A stretch of DNA of 64,000 nt from Dehalococcoidia bacterium (GCA_965247585.1 CBDFHC010000004.1:66554-130553), one strand, 5' to 3'; shown: positions 18,023 through 27,499, counted from the first letter of the stretch. Numbers and translations are program-made. The notes: a model not told the origin generated them from the letters alone.

Positions 18023-19186
18023 TCAGAGAAAGCGCTCGGGGCGGTAGGGCTGGAGCATCTCGACGCGGGCGCCGTCCAGGAGCTCGATGGCGGCTAGCTC
18101 ACCGACCAGTGGGGCGAGGGTAACGCCACTGTGCATGAGGGCCAGGTAGAGGTTGGGGACGCGCTGAGTGAAGCCGAGGACGGGAAAGCCATCGGCGGGC
18201 ATGGGGCGGAAGCCCAGGGGAACGGGGACGGCGGTGGCGGTGGCCAGGGCGGGGAGGAAGTGGACGGCCGAGTTTAGCAGGCGGTCGGCGTGCTGCTGGG
18301 AGTCGTCGCGGCGGAGGCTCTCCTGGGAGCCCTCGCCGATCATGACGATGCCGTCGTTGCCCTGGCGCAGGTGGATGCCGAAGTCGTTGCCAGCCAAGGC
18401 GGGGGTGTGAATGACGGCCACGGTTTGCAACACCCGGGGCTGGGGGTCGGTCCGCACGGTGACGCCAGGGCTCTCTTCCTGGGGAACGGTGACGCCAGCC
18501 ATGGCGGCTAGACGGGTGGTCTGGACGCCGGCGGCGAGGACTAGGGCGTCGCAGGGAACATCGCCGTTGGGGGTCTGCACCGAGGCCACGTGGGGGGTGG
18601 AAGCGCCGGAGGGGGCGAGACGCAGGCCCGTGACGGGGGTATTCGGGTGGATGGTTGCGCCACGAGCCACGGCGTCTTCCAGGCAGGCGCTAACGACCAA
18701 GGGAGGGTCCACCTGGCCATCTATGTCTCCCAGGGCGCCGAGAGAGACGGAGCCGGGGGCGAGGCCGGGCTCCAGCCGTCGCATCTCCGACTCGTCTACG
18801 ATGCGTGAGGGATAGCCGCGAGCCTGGAGTTGGGTGACGCGCTGGGCTATCTCTTCGGCGTCACGGGAGTTGCCAGCCCAGCGCAAGTCACCACCCCACC
18901 GCAGGCCGACGTTCCGGGGGAGGCGACGGGCGAAGCGGTCCCATACATCCATGGAGCGGCGGTTGAGGTCGTGGTAGGCGGCGGGCTCCTTGCCGAAGGA
19001 GTTGATCCAGGCGAAGGAGTGGCTGGACGCGCCGGCGCCGGGGGATGCGGCGTCGAGCACAGTAATCCTGGCACCGCGGCGGGCCAGGTGGAAGGCGATG
19101 GAGGCGCCAACGATGCCTGCGCCCGCCACGACGATATGGGGAGGGTTGCCTACTTTTTCTGGACCTATTCCTGTTGTCATGATCAT
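18023..19186 (-). CDS. FAD-dependent oxidoreductase (DAO family), copy 2
   Basis: 387 aa with an N-terminal dinucleotide-binding motif IVVAGAGIVGASIAFHLARRG. No obvious SD upstream. Confidence 0.8.
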   Translation of the reverse strand: MIMTTGIGPEKVGNPPHIVVAGAGIVGASIAFHLARRGARITVLDAASPGAGASSHSFAWINSFGKEPAAYHDLNRRSMDVWDRFARRLPRNVGLRWGGDLRWAGNSRDAEEIAQRVTQLQARGYPSRIVDESEMRRLEPGLAPGSVSLGALGDIDGQVDPPLVVSACLEDAVARGATIHPNTPVTGLRLAPSGASTPHVASVQTPNGDVPCDALVLAAGVQTTRLAAMAGVTVPQEESPGVTVRTDPQPRVLQTVAVIHTPALAGNDFGIHLRQGNDGIVMIGEGSQESLRRDDSQQHADRLLNSAVHFLPALATATAVPVPLGFRPMPADGFPVLGFTQRVPNLYLALMHSGVTLAPLVGELAAIELLDGARVEMLQPYRPERFL

Positions 19187-19300
19187 CCCGTGGGAGGGTT
19201 TGGATTACGTGCCACGATAGCTTGGGTGGGCCGGCACAACACCTACCGGATATGTAATTGACGGGCCGATTCCCTTGTTAAGTCGAGCGCCCAGGGACTA

Positions 19301-19359
19301 CGCGGTATGGGCTCGTCTTTCGAGGGCCTCAGGATGAGCGGGTTGGAGGCGTAGGAGGC
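19301..19359 (+). repeat. Intergenic repeat cluster 11 (solo C-mid)
   Basis: cgcggtatgggctcgtctttcgagggcctcaggatgagcgggttggaggcgtaggaggc. Confidence 0.85.
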
Positions 19360-19447
19360 ATGGAGATCGCTACAAACAGCACTCTTATCCAACTTTCAGC
19401 CGCGAATCAATTGGTCGTGGGACACGATTATGGGCGTGAGCGGCCGC

Positions 19448-19912
19448 CTAGGCGAAGCGATTCTTGGCCCAGCCCTCATCGAACGGAGTGCGGAAGACGC
19501 GCTTGGAGCTCTTGCTCTTAAACTTCCACTTGCCATCGACGCGGACGTACTCCTCGTTGTCAATGCCGGCCATCCAGTGAGCCTTTCCATCATCGGCCAA
19601 AGTGCATGGGATGAGGCTGAGCCAGCGGCCCCAGGCGGTGTCGCCGTTCACTTCGATATGGGAGTTGGTGTTGTAATGGACAACGAATGTGATGGCGTTT
19701 CCGGCGCTCTTAAAATAGGCGCGGATGGCCTCCCGCCCCTCTATGATGGGAGAGCCTACAGCCTCCCATGTAGCGTCCTCAGTAAACATTTCGGCGATGG
19801 GGTCGGCCTGGTAGTTGTCATCGGCGAGGGCGCCGTAGTCGGCTTTGAGATTGCGGATGGCCTCGATGTCTTCGAGGGCCTGAATACGGGCCTCCAGGTC
19901 TTGAGCAGCCAT
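19448..19912 (-). CDS. SnoaL-like / NTF2-fold protein
   Basis: 154 aa. The N-terminal helix plus the cone-shaped alpha+beta pattern (IRNLKADYGALADDN..., FTEDATWEA) is typical of SnoaL_4/NTF2-like proteins. SD ggaaggtg. Confidence 0.65.
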   Translation of the reverse strand: MAAQDLEARIQALEDIEAIRNLKADYGALADDNYQADPIAEMFTEDATWEAVGSPIIEGREAIRAYFKSAGNAITFVVHYNTNSHIEVNGDTAWGRWLSLIPCTLADDGKAHWMAGIDNEEYVRVDGKWKFKSKSSKRVFRTPFDEGWAKNRFA

Positions 19913-20005
19913 GTTTCACCTTCCTGCTTGTGGTTCAGGGGATTTTAGCAGGGAGGGCGCGGCGGGGGTAGCGGAGGGGTGGGAGGGGAGTTGGCTCGGC
20001 AGGGG

Positions 20006-21346
20006 TTAGATGGGAGGGGTGAGGGTGACGCCGAGGGCGGCTTCGCACCAAGAGGCGGCGGCGAGGAGACGGTCTTCGGCGAAGGGGGAGGCGGCGAGAT
20101 GGATTCCCAAGGGCAGGCCGGAGGCGGCGAGGCCGGAGGGGATGGTGATGACGGGGAGACCGGCGGATGTCCAAGGTCCCTGAAACATGGGGTTACCAGT
20201 GCTGGTGATTTCGCCGGGGGCGGCGGTGGGGGTGGAAGGGGTGAGGATGACGTCCGCCCTGGCGGTCATGTCCTGGACGTGGGTGATGAACTGGCGGCGG
20301 CGCTCCTGGGCCCGGGCATAAGAGAGGCCGTCCACCTCGAAGCCGCTAGCGATCATGCCTCGTATCTTGGGCTGGTAGTCCATGGCCTGCCGCTCGTACA
20401 TGGGCTGGTGGAAGGAGGCTGCCTCGGTGGTGAGGATGGTGAACTGGTCCACATAGGACTGGTCGAAGTCGGCGGGCGAGGTGACCTCTTCGACGTGGGC
20501 GCCGGCGCGCTCTAGCAGGCGCACCATTTCGGCGGTGTGGTCCCGGGTCTCCTGATCGGCATGGTTGTGGAAGTAGCCCTTGAGCACACCGATGCGCGGC
20601 GACGCTGGGTCCTTTATGGCGGCCATGTAGTCTGGCACCGGGAGGGTTGATGACATGTAGTCCTGGGGATCGTGGCCGGCGGTGGCCTGAAGCAGGAGGG
20701 CGATGTCCTCGACGGTGCGGGCCATCCAGCCGACGGTGTCGAAGGACCATGCGAGGGGGACGACGCCGTGGCGGCTGACGCGGCCGAGGGTGGGCTTGAT
20801 GCCGACGACGCCGTTGTAGGAGGCGGGCCGCAGGACGGAGCCGACGGTCTGGGAACCGAAGGCGAGGGGGCACATGCGGGCGGCGACGGCGGCGGCGGAG
20901 CCGCTGCTGGAGCCACCGGGGGTGTGGGCGGCGTTCCAAGGGTTGCGAGTGGGGGAGGGGTCCAAGGCGGCGAATTCGGTGGTGACGGCTTTGCCCAGGA
21001 TGACCCCACCAGCGGCCCTGGTGGCAACGACGGTGGTGGCATCGTAATCCGGGACGAAATCGGCGTAGACCTTGGAGCAGGCAGTGGTGGGGACGCCGGC
21101 GACGTGGTAGATGTCTTTGAAGCCGACGGGTATGCCGTGGAGGGAACCAGGGGAGGAGAGGTCGTCGCCTCGCTGGCGGGCCTCGGAGAGGACGGCCTCG
21201 CGATCGATATGGACCCAGGCGTGGAGCTTGGGCTCCAGGGCGTCTATTCGAGCCAGGAAGGATTCGGCAAGCTCCAGGGGCGAGAGCTCCCTGTTGCGAA
21301 TGAGTCGGACGGCCTGTGCAGCGGAAAGCTCATAAGGTTCTGCCAT
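20006..21346 (-). CDS. Amidase (amidase-signature family), copy 2
   Basis: Starts MAEPYELSAAQAVRLIRNRELSP. Motifs GFKDIYHVAG, GGSSSGSAAAVA, GSQTVGSVLRPA. SD aggagg precedes the ATG at 21346. The track ORF to 21544 runs into repeat module A and was trimmed. Confidence 0.9.
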   Translation of the reverse strand: MAEPYELSAAQAVRLIRNRELSPLELAESFLARIDALEPKLHAWVHIDREAVLSEARQRGDDLSSPGSLHGIPVGFKDIYHVAGVPTTACSKVYADFVPDYDATTVVATRAAGGVILGKAVTTEFAALDPSPTRNPWNAAHTPGGSSSGSAAAVAARMCPLAFGSQTVGSVLRPASYNGVVGIKPTLGRVSRHGVVPLAWSFDTVGWMARTVEDIALLLQATAGHDPQDYMSSTLPVPDYMAAIKDPASPRIGVLKGYFHNHADQETRDHTAEMVRLLERAGAHVEEVTSPADFDQSYVDQFTILTTEAASFHQPMYERQAMDYQPKIRGMIASGFEVDGLSYARAQERRRQFITHVQDMTARADVILTPSTPTAAPGEITSTGNPMFQGPWTSAGLPVITIPSGLAASGLPLGIHLAASPFAEDRLLAAASWCEAALGVTLTPPI

Positions 21347-21483
21347 GGGGTCCCTCCTAGAGGCTGATGGTGGCGGTCGCATGGTGCGGTGTTGGTGCTG
21401 ATGACCGCCTTTAAAGGCTTTCCTAAGGTAGCGATGGCCCATACTGTTGTCAAACGGCGAGGCCGATGACGGGGGAATCAGAC

Positions 21484-21628
21484 ATGGCGATGGGTATCGC
21501 CACGACGAAGGACTGAAAATCGAAGGTTGGTGGTTCCCACCCACCCGCCCAGGAAGGTCTTATAAAGAAGTTTGAGGGACACCCTCAAACTCCCGGCAGA
21601 AGGGCTCAGCCCTTTTGCACTCCCCGTA
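21484..21628 (+). repeat. Intergenic repeat cluster 12 (A, B)
   Basis: A 21484-21560 (ggcgatgggtatcgccacgacgaaggactgaaaatcgaaggttggtggttcccaccc...). B 21569-21628 (hairpin 2 cagaagggctcagcccttttg). Confidence 0.9.
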
Positions 21629-21717
21629 ACACAGCTCATGACCGAATGTTTGGACTGGGACAGGTAGAGCTATCGGTAGCCAGTGAGACCCGGAGTGGCA
21701 GTTAGGTTGGAGCGGGT

Positions 21718-21746
21718 TTGACACCTTATTCGACGGGAGATAGGCT
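21718..21746 (+). promoter_or_regulatory. Candidate sigma70-like promoter for the phosphotriesterase-family gene
   Basis: ttgaca (21718-21723), a 17-nt spacer, then taggct (21741-21746), about 70 nt upstream of the GTG start. This is a motif match only. Confidence 0.25.
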
Positions 21747-21816
21747 TCGGATGCCTGTCGGGCAATGGATTTTGAAGGGCGGCCCGTAGGAGAGGACGAT
21801 AAATCAGGAGGCTACT

Positions 21817-22884
21817 GTGGCGGGAAGAGGCATGGCCGGGAAGATCCAGACGGTACTAGGGGCGATAGAGCCGGAGGGGCTGGGGGTGACGCTGACGCAT
21901 GAGCACCTGCTGATAGACCTTTCAGTGAGCGCAAGGCAGGAGTCGGCGGCCAGCGCCCGGGAGTTCTACGAAAAGCCGGTTTCAATGGAGACGCTGGGCC
22001 GGATTAAGTACTACGGGGCGGCGAACGAGGACAACAGCCATCTGTTCGACGTGGAGACGGCGATTAGGGAAGTGGAGCTGTACAAGCAGTACGGGGGCGA
22101 CTCGCTGGTGGACGCGACGAGCGTTGGGATAGCCAGGGACCCGATAGGGCTGGCGCGGATCTCGCGGGCCACGGGGGTGAACGTGATTATGGGGGCGTCG
22201 TATTACGTAGCCGCGGCGCACCCCAGCGACATGGACGCGCGAACGGAGGCGGAGATAACGGAGGAGATTGTGAGGGACGTGTTGGAAGGGGCGGACGGAA
22301 CGACGGTGAAGGCGGGGGTTATAGGCGAAATCGGGTGCTCTTGGCCGCTGGATGAGAACGAACGGAAGGTGCTGCGGGCTTCGGCGAGGGCACAGCGGCT
22401 GACCGGAGCGCCGGTGTTGATCCACCCGGGGAGGGACGAGACCTCGCCGCTGGAGATAATCGAGGTGCTGCGGGAGGCGGGAGGGGAGCTGGAGCGTACG
22501 ATAATTGGGCACCTGGACCGGACGGTGTTCCAGCACGAAACGCTGCTGAAGATTGCCCAGTCAGGCTGCTATATGGAGTGGGACCTGTTTGGTAGAGAGG
22601 AGTCGTACTACTCGCTGAACCCGAACATAGACATGCCCAGCGACGCGAAGAAGATGGACGACATTGCGTGGATAAGCGGGGAAGGGTACGGGGACAAGGT
22701 GGTGGTAGCGCACGATATCTGCTCCAAGCACCGGCTGGAAACATACGGAGGCCACGGCTACTACTATATCCTGGAGCATATAGCGCCGCGGATGCGTAAG
22801 AGGGGCTACTCCGAGGAGGCGGTGCGGAAGATTCTGGTGGAGAATCCCAGGAGTGTACTGACGTTCGCAGAGGGGACGGGGTAG
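21817..22884 (+). CDS. Phosphotriesterase-related protein (PTER / amidohydrolase superfamily)
   Basis: 355 aa. GVTLTHEHLLIDL carries the metal-binding HxH of the phosphotriesterase family. GTG start 6 nt after SD aggagg. Confidence 0.85.
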   Translation: MAGRGMAGKIQTVLGAIEPEGLGVTLTHEHLLIDLSVSARQESAASAREFYEKPVSMETLGRIKYYGAANEDNSHLFDVETAIREVELYKQYGGDSLVDATSVGIARDPIGLARISRATGVNVIMGASYYVAAAHPSDMDARTEAEITEEIVRDVLEGADGTTVKAGVIGEIGCSWPLDENERKVLRASARAQRLTGAPVLIHPGRDETSPLEIIEVLREAGGELERTIIGHLDRTVFQHETLLKIAQSGCYMEWDLFGREESYYSLNPNIDMPSDAKKMDDIAWISGEGYGDKVVVAHDICSKHRLETYGGHGYYYILEHIAPRMRKRGYSEEAVRKILVENPRSVLTFAEGTG

Positions 22885-22900
22885 GGGTGGTTACACATAG

Positions 22901-22962
22901 GATTTGAGGGACACCCTCAAACTCCCGGCAGGGAACCTAGGTTCCCTGCACTCTTCTGTAGG
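22901..22962 (+). repeat. Intergenic repeat cluster 13 (solo B)
   Basis: gatttgagggacaccctcaaactcccggcagggaacctaggttccctgcactcttctgtagg, starting 17 nt after the stop codon. Confidence 0.9.
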
Positions 22963-23099
22963 CCCAGGGTTGGAAACAACCGACAATCTGTTCTTGGAAG
23001 AATCAGAGGAATAGTGTGGGCCTCACGGCACGCCAATTTGGCAAGTGAGTGGATAACTCCTTCGTCATAGGCCGAGTCACACGATGGAATATGAGGGGG

Positions 23100-23648
23100 T
23101 TAGGTGGGGAGGAGGGGGGCGACGCCCTCTGGCAGCTCCACCTCGAAGGCGTTGAGGTACTGGGCGACCAGGAGGTAGTGGCCGATGAGGCCAGTTACGT
23201 CTATGATGCCCTGCTCGCCAAAGCGGTCCTTGACGGCGTTGAAGGTCTGGCCAGTGACGGCGTGGTCTCGCAGCAGCTCCTGGGCGTAGCGGACCAGTAG
23301 CGCTTCGTCGCCGGAGAGGCCAGCGGGGGCGGTGCCATCCGTGAGGGCCTGGATAGTGGGCTCGGAGACGCCGGCCTCGCGGGCCAGGCGCGCGTGGGCG
23401 GTGAAGGCGTACTGGGCGCGGGCCTCCCGGGTGGCGGTGAGGATGACGACTTCTTTGAGGGCGTTGTCCATTTCGCACTCGAAGCGAAGGTAAGAGCCGG
23501 TGGCGCCGATGCGGGCGGCGAGCTTGGGGCTGTGGAGCATGACGCCGTAGGGTCCGGCGGCGCGGCCCCGTTTTTCAACAATCTGGTCGAAATAGGGCTG
23601 ATCTTCGGGCTTGAGCTGGTCCCGAGTGATGGAAGGTATGCGTGGCAT
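23100..23648 (-). CDS. Carboxymuconolactone decarboxylase (AhpD-like) family protein
   Basis: 182 aa. The N-terminus MPRIPSITRDQLKPEDQPYFDQI and the two-repeat helical pattern are typical of CMD-family proteins. SD aggagg. Last gene of the amidase-pair operon. Confidence 0.65.
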   Translation of the reverse strand: MPRIPSITRDQLKPEDQPYFDQIVEKRGRAAGPYGVMLHSPKLAARIGATGSYLRFECEMDNALKEVVILTATREARAQYAFTAHARLAREAGVSEPTIQALTDGTAPAGLSGDEALLVRYAQELLRDHAVTGQTFNAVKDRFGEQGIIDVTGLIGHYLLVAQYLNAFEVELPEGVAPLLPT

Positions 23649-23714
23649 TGGTTGCCTCCTAGGATGGGATTAGGGCTGGGGGTATCTGATGGGTCCCCGG
23701 TCCCGCGTCGGGAG

Positions 23715-25130
23715 TTACAGGGGCGGGCGGCGTTGGTGCCATTCGGTGGCGGCTTCGTAACCGGCGGCGGCGCGGAAGACGGTGACTTCATCGAAGGGCC
23801 TGCCGCCGATGTGGAGGCCGATGGGGAGGTTGTTGGAGGTGAAGCCGCAGGGGATGCAGATGGCGGGGAGGGCGGCGAGGGCGTGAAGGGTGGTGTAGGA
23901 GCGGGCGCCAAACTGGCGTTGGACGACGTCGTCGGTGCTGTCGAAGGGCCTTTTATCCGCGGCGATCTCGGGGGCGGGCCCGCTGCCGGGAGAGACCAGG
24001 ACGTCCACGGACTTCATGGCCTGCATCATTTGCTGTCGAAGGAGACCGCGGGCCTTCTGGGCGGTGAGGTGCCAATCAGCGGGTATGAGGGCGCCGGCCT
24101 GGAGGCGCATCCTGGTGGCGGCGTCGTATAGGTCCGAGCGGTTGCGGAGGTTGTCACGGTGGACGGCAGCGGCGTCGGTATCGAGGATGGCGATGGCGAT
24201 GGGGGCGGCCAGGGGCGCCAGGGGTATGGAGACGCGGTGCACAGATGCGCCCAATTCAGCAAATGTGGTGAGGGACTTTTCGATGGCTTCGTGGACCTCG
24301 GGGTCGTTGAGGCCAGGCTCCATCATCTCCTGGATGTAGCCGACGCGGAGCCCGTGGACGCCTTTATTCAAATCGGATGTGAAGTCGGGCACCGAGACGG
24401 TGGCGCTGGTGGGGTCGAGGGGGTCGTGGCCGGCGATAGCGTTCAAGATGAGGGCGCAGTCTTCCACGGTGCGGGCGAGGGGGCCAGCGATGTCCAGAGA
24501 CCAGGAGCCGGCCAACATGCCGTAGCGGCTGACTCGCCCGTAGGTGGGCCGAAGGCCGGCGACGCCGGACATGGCGGCGGGCAGGCGCACGGAACCTCCG
24601 GTGTCCTCGCCGATGGTGGCGGTGGAGAGAGAGGCGGCCACGGCGATGCCTGAACCAGCGCTGGACATGCCGGGATTCCTGTTCCGGTCCCAGGGGTTCC
24701 GGGGCTGGCCGTATGGGTGCTCCCGGGTGCCGCCAAGGGCAAATTCGGCCATGTTCAGCTTGCCCAAGAGGACGACGCCGGCTTCTTTAAGCTTTCTTAT
24801 AAGGGTGGAGTCTACGTCCGGCACGAAGTCAGCGAGGAGCCGGGAGCCGCCGGTGGTGAGGATGCCCCTGGTCCAGAACTGGTCCTTGACGGCCATGGGG
24901 ACGCCGTGCAGCGGACCTTTGCTGTGGCCGCGTTGGATTTCATCCTGGGCGGCGCGGGCGGAGGCGAGGGCGTCATCGGCGGTGAGGGTGATGAAGGCGC
25001 CCAGTGAGACGTCATATTGTTGAATTCGGTCCAAGTAAGCCTGGACGACTTCGACGGGAGTCAGGTCCCCTGAGGCGTACAGGCGTGCGAGGGCGGCGAT
25101 GGTCCAGGTGGTGGGTCCGGTGGCAGCCAT
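23715..25130 (-). CDS. Amidase (amidase-signature family), copy 3, paired with a GatC/AtzG-like small protein
   Basis: Starts MAATGPTTWTIAAL. Motifs MAVKDQF, a variant Ser-rich loop PGMSSAGSGIAVAA, and GEDTGGSVRLPA. Its ATG at 25130 is 1 nt from the stop of the small ORF at 25132. Confidence 0.9.
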   Translation of the reverse strand: MAATGPTTWTIAALARLYASGDLTPVEVVQAYLDRIQQYDVSLGAFITLTADDALASARAAQDEIQRGHSKGPLHGVPMAVKDQFWTRGILTTGGSRLLADFVPDVDSTLIRKLKEAGVVLLGKLNMAEFALGGTREHPYGQPRNPWDRNRNPGMSSAGSGIAVAASLSTATIGEDTGGSVRLPAAMSGVAGLRPTYGRVSRYGMLAGSWSLDIAGPLARTVEDCALILNAIAGHDPLDPTSATVSVPDFTSDLNKGVHGLRVGYIQEMMEPGLNDPEVHEAIEKSLTTFAELGASVHRVSIPLAPLAAPIAIAILDTDAAAVHRDNLRNRSDLYDAATRMRLQAGALIPADWHLTAQKARGLLRQQMMQAMKSVDVLVSPGSGPAPEIAADKRPFDSTDDVVQRQFGARSYTTLHALAALPAICIPCGFTSNNLPIGLHIGGRPFDEVTVFRAAAGYEAATEWHQRRPPL

Positions 25131-25131
25131 A

Positions 25132-25350
25132 CTAGGCACCTTCCTCCACGGGGAATAGGGGCAGGGGCTCCACCTGGCTGAGGTCCAAGGACTCCAGCTT
25201 GCGAAGCTCGCGCTGTAGGGCGGCAAGGCGGAAGGTAACCTCGTCCAACTCGGAGTCGTGGATGGAAAGGCCGACCAGCCGAGCGAGGCTGAGGATGTCT
25301 TCCCGGGTTATGTCGTTGGAATTGAGGGGCGAATTTGAGGATGCCATCAC
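25132..25350 (-). CDS. GatC/AtzG-like small subunit (72 aa)
   Basis: ITREDILSLARLVGLSIHDSELDEVTFRLAALQRELRKLESLDLSQVEP follows the N-terminal pattern of GatC (I..EEV..LA.LARL.I.EEE...F..QL..I......L...D...VEP). It lacks the C-terminal half of GatC. Immediately 5' of amidase copy 3. Confidence 0.7.
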   Translation of the reverse strand: MMASSNSPLNSNDITREDILSLARLVGLSIHDSELDEVTFRLAALQRELRKLESLDLSQVEPLPLFPVEEGA

Positions 25351-25447
25351 CAGTCCTTGAAGGAAAGTTCAGCGGATATTCCGGATAGGTTTTAGACCAA
25401 AGTCTGCGGAGATCAGGGGATCGAGAGGCTGGCAAAGGTTTCATAGA

Positions 25448-26881
25448 TCAAGCCAGACCTGCTACTTCGGGGAAGCGGCCCTGGAAGCCTGACACCTGCT
25501 CGTAGCCGTGGGCGACACGGAAGAGGAGGGCTTCTTTGAAGGCGCCGCCGATGAGCTGGAGTCCGATGGGGAGACCGGCTGAGTTGAAGCCACAAGGGAC
25601 TGTGATGGCGGGGAGGCCGGTGGCGTTGTGGACGCTGGTGTTCCTTGATACCTCGCCGGATCCGGGGCCACGGACCTGGAAACTACGGCCTCCCAGGGTG
25701 AAGGTTTCGGCGTCAATACGGGGAGCTACGACAGGCGATGTAGGGGTGACCAGGAAGTCAACCTGTTGCAGGATGCGGGCATGCTCCTCTTTGAGAAGGC
25801 GCTGGGCTTTTAGGGCCTTGGAGTAGTCCACGGCGCGGATGTACTGGCCGGCCAAAACGCGGTAGAGGACGGTGGGGCCGTAGTCCTTACGGTGGGTCTT
25901 AATGTAGGGCTCGTGGGCCACCAGGCTGTCGACGATGGCGACGCTACGGATGGCGGCGGCGTATTCCAAGGTGGGAATAGAAACGTCGACTGGTTCAGCG
26001 CCCAGCTCCTCCAGGGCGGCGATGGCCCTTCGCACGGAGGACTCAACCTCGGGGTCCACCAGATCGAAATGAAAGTTTGAGGGGATGCCCATCTTGAGGC
26101 CGCGGAGGCCCTGACCCAGGGCGGCGGTGTAGTCCGGCACTGGGACGGGGACGGTGCTGGGGTCCAGGGGGTCGTGGCCAGCTATGGCCTGAAGCACCAG
26201 TGCGCTGTCAGCGACGCTGCGAGTCATGGGGCCGATGTGGTCACCGTTGAAGCTGGTAACAAGGAGGCCACGCTGGCTGACGAGGCCGAAGGTCTGCTTG
26301 AGACCTACGACGCCGCAAAAGGTGCCGGGTAGCCGCACGGAGCCGCCGAGGTCTGTGCCCAGGGAGGCGAAGGTGACGCCGGCGGCGACGTTGGCACCGC
26401 CCCCACCGCTGGAGCCGCCGGGGACGTGGTCCAGGTCCCATGGGTTATGGACGGCGCCGTAGTGAAGGTTGTTAGAGGTGACGCCGGCGGCAAACTCTTC
26501 CAGGTTCTCTTTGCCAATGACGATGGCCCCAGCGTTTTGGCAGAGGGTGACGACCTGGGCGTCATAGTCGGGGACGTAATCGGGGAGGGCCACGGAGCCG
26601 ACAGTGGTGCGGATTCCGGCGGTGGCCATGTTGTCTTTGATGCCGATGGGGATGCCGTGGAGGGGGCCCAGGTATTCGCCGCGCATGAGGGAGTCTTCCA
26701 ACTCCCGGGCGCGCTGCCTGGCCTGGCCGCCGAGGATGGTGATGAAGGAATTGAGCTTGGGCTGCATGCGCTCGACGTGGGCCAGGGCGGCGTCGATGAG
26801 CTCAACGGGGGAGACGTCCCGGTTCCGAATTTTGGGCGCCAACTCCTGGATGGTCAGCTTGAGCAAATTGGTGTCAGGCAT
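25448..26881 (-). CDS. Amidase (amidase-signature family), copy 4, paired with a GatC/AtzG-like small protein
   Basis: 477 aa. Motifs IGIKDNMATAG, GGSSGGGGANVAAG, GTDLGGSVRLPG. Its ATG overlaps the small ORF's stop (TGATG). Confidence 0.9.
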   Translation of the reverse strand: MPDTNLLKLTIQELAPKIRNRDVSPVELIDAALAHVERMQPKLNSFITILGGQARQRARELEDSLMRGEYLGPLHGIPIGIKDNMATAGIRTTVGSVALPDYVPDYDAQVVTLCQNAGAIVIGKENLEEFAAGVTSNNLHYGAVHNPWDLDHVPGGSSGGGGANVAAGVTFASLGTDLGGSVRLPGTFCGVVGLKQTFGLVSQRGLLVTSFNGDHIGPMTRSVADSALVLQAIAGHDPLDPSTVPVPVPDYTAALGQGLRGLKMGIPSNFHFDLVDPEVESSVRRAIAALEELGAEPVDVSIPTLEYAAAIRSVAIVDSLVAHEPYIKTHRKDYGPTVLYRVLAGQYIRAVDYSKALKAQRLLKEEHARILQQVDFLVTPTSPVVAPRIDAETFTLGGRSFQVRGPGSGEVSRNTSVHNATGLPAITVPCGFNSAGLPIGLQLIGGAFKEALLFRVAHGYEQVSGFQGRFPEVAGLA

Positions 26882-27075
26882 CAGGACTCGTCTCCTTCCT
26901 GGACCTTGAGGAGCCGGGATGACATGACGCTGGAGAGGTCCAGGTTGTCCAGCGACCGGATGGCGGAGACGTAGCCGCGGACCTCCGGCAGAACAAGTTC
27001 GAGCTCTTCATCAGAAACTTCGATTCCGTGGAACTCGCGGGCGATGGCCTTGAGGGTTTCCTTGGAGACTTCCAT
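26881..27075 (-). CDS. GatC/AtzG-like small subunit (64 aa)
   Basis: VSKETLKAIAREFHGIEVSDEELELVLPEVRGYVSAIRSLDNLDLSSV shows the same GatC-like N-terminal pattern. Its stop overlaps the start of amidase copy 4 by 1 nt. Confidence 0.65.
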   Translation of the reverse strand: MEVSKETLKAIAREFHGIEVSDEELELVLPEVRGYVSAIRSLDNLDLSSVMSSRLLKVQEGDES

Positions 27076-27223
27076 GTCGTCACCTCATGTGGACTAGACG
27101 GGCGATGGAATGGAGGGAGGGGCTGCGTGCGGCGGAGTATAGCACGGAAGGTCCGAGCTTCTCCCCAGCGCCTTTTTTAGAAAGGGGACCGGTGAGGGCG
27201 AGAGGTTTGTCTGCTGCTGAGGT

Positions 27224-27499
27224 CTGCCAATCAAGGGTTGGTGGCGCCCACCTGCTCCAACGGCTGGGACGAAGGCGGTATGTGCTGGTCCTTCCCCTCG
27301 ACAAGGTCAGGATAAGCTTGGCCTCAGGGTGAGCAGGCCGGAGGCGTAGGAGGCTTGTTTTCATAGGAATGACATTTCTTGTTCGGACGCTCAACGCGGG
27401 GCAATGTGACGCATAAAAGCGGGCGAAACCAAAAACTGACGGCCTCTCAGACTCCCGGCAGCCACCACTCAGGTTCCCCGCACCTTCTTGTTTGGTTGG
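27224..27499 (+). repeat. Intergenic repeat cluster 14 (A variant, C-mid variant, C-right, degenerate B)
   Basis: Contains ccaatcaagggttggtggcgcccacc, ggtatgtgctggtccttcccctcgacaaggtcaggataagcttggcctcagggtgagcaggccggaggcgtaggaggc, ttgttttcataggaatgacatttcttgttcggacgctcaacgcgggg and ctcagactcccggcagccaccactcaggttccccgcac. Confidence 0.85.

Noticed and set aside
22901-22962. Module B as an ordinary rho-independent terminator
   Set aside because: No U-tract follows either hairpin. The same orientation occurs upstream of, downstream of and antisense to genes. Genuine terminators with T-tracts exist separately at 4851-4883 and 62384-62421. A structural role in RNA 3'-end formation cannot be excluded.
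25132-27075. The miniprotein + amidase pairs as a genuine gatC-gatA (tRNA-dependent amidotransferase)
   Set aside because: The pair is duplicated in tandem, no gatB is adjacent, the miniproteins lack the GatC C-terminal half, and the operon ends with a CMD-family gene. The AtzE/AtzG-like interpretation fits better, though only phylogeny can settle it.
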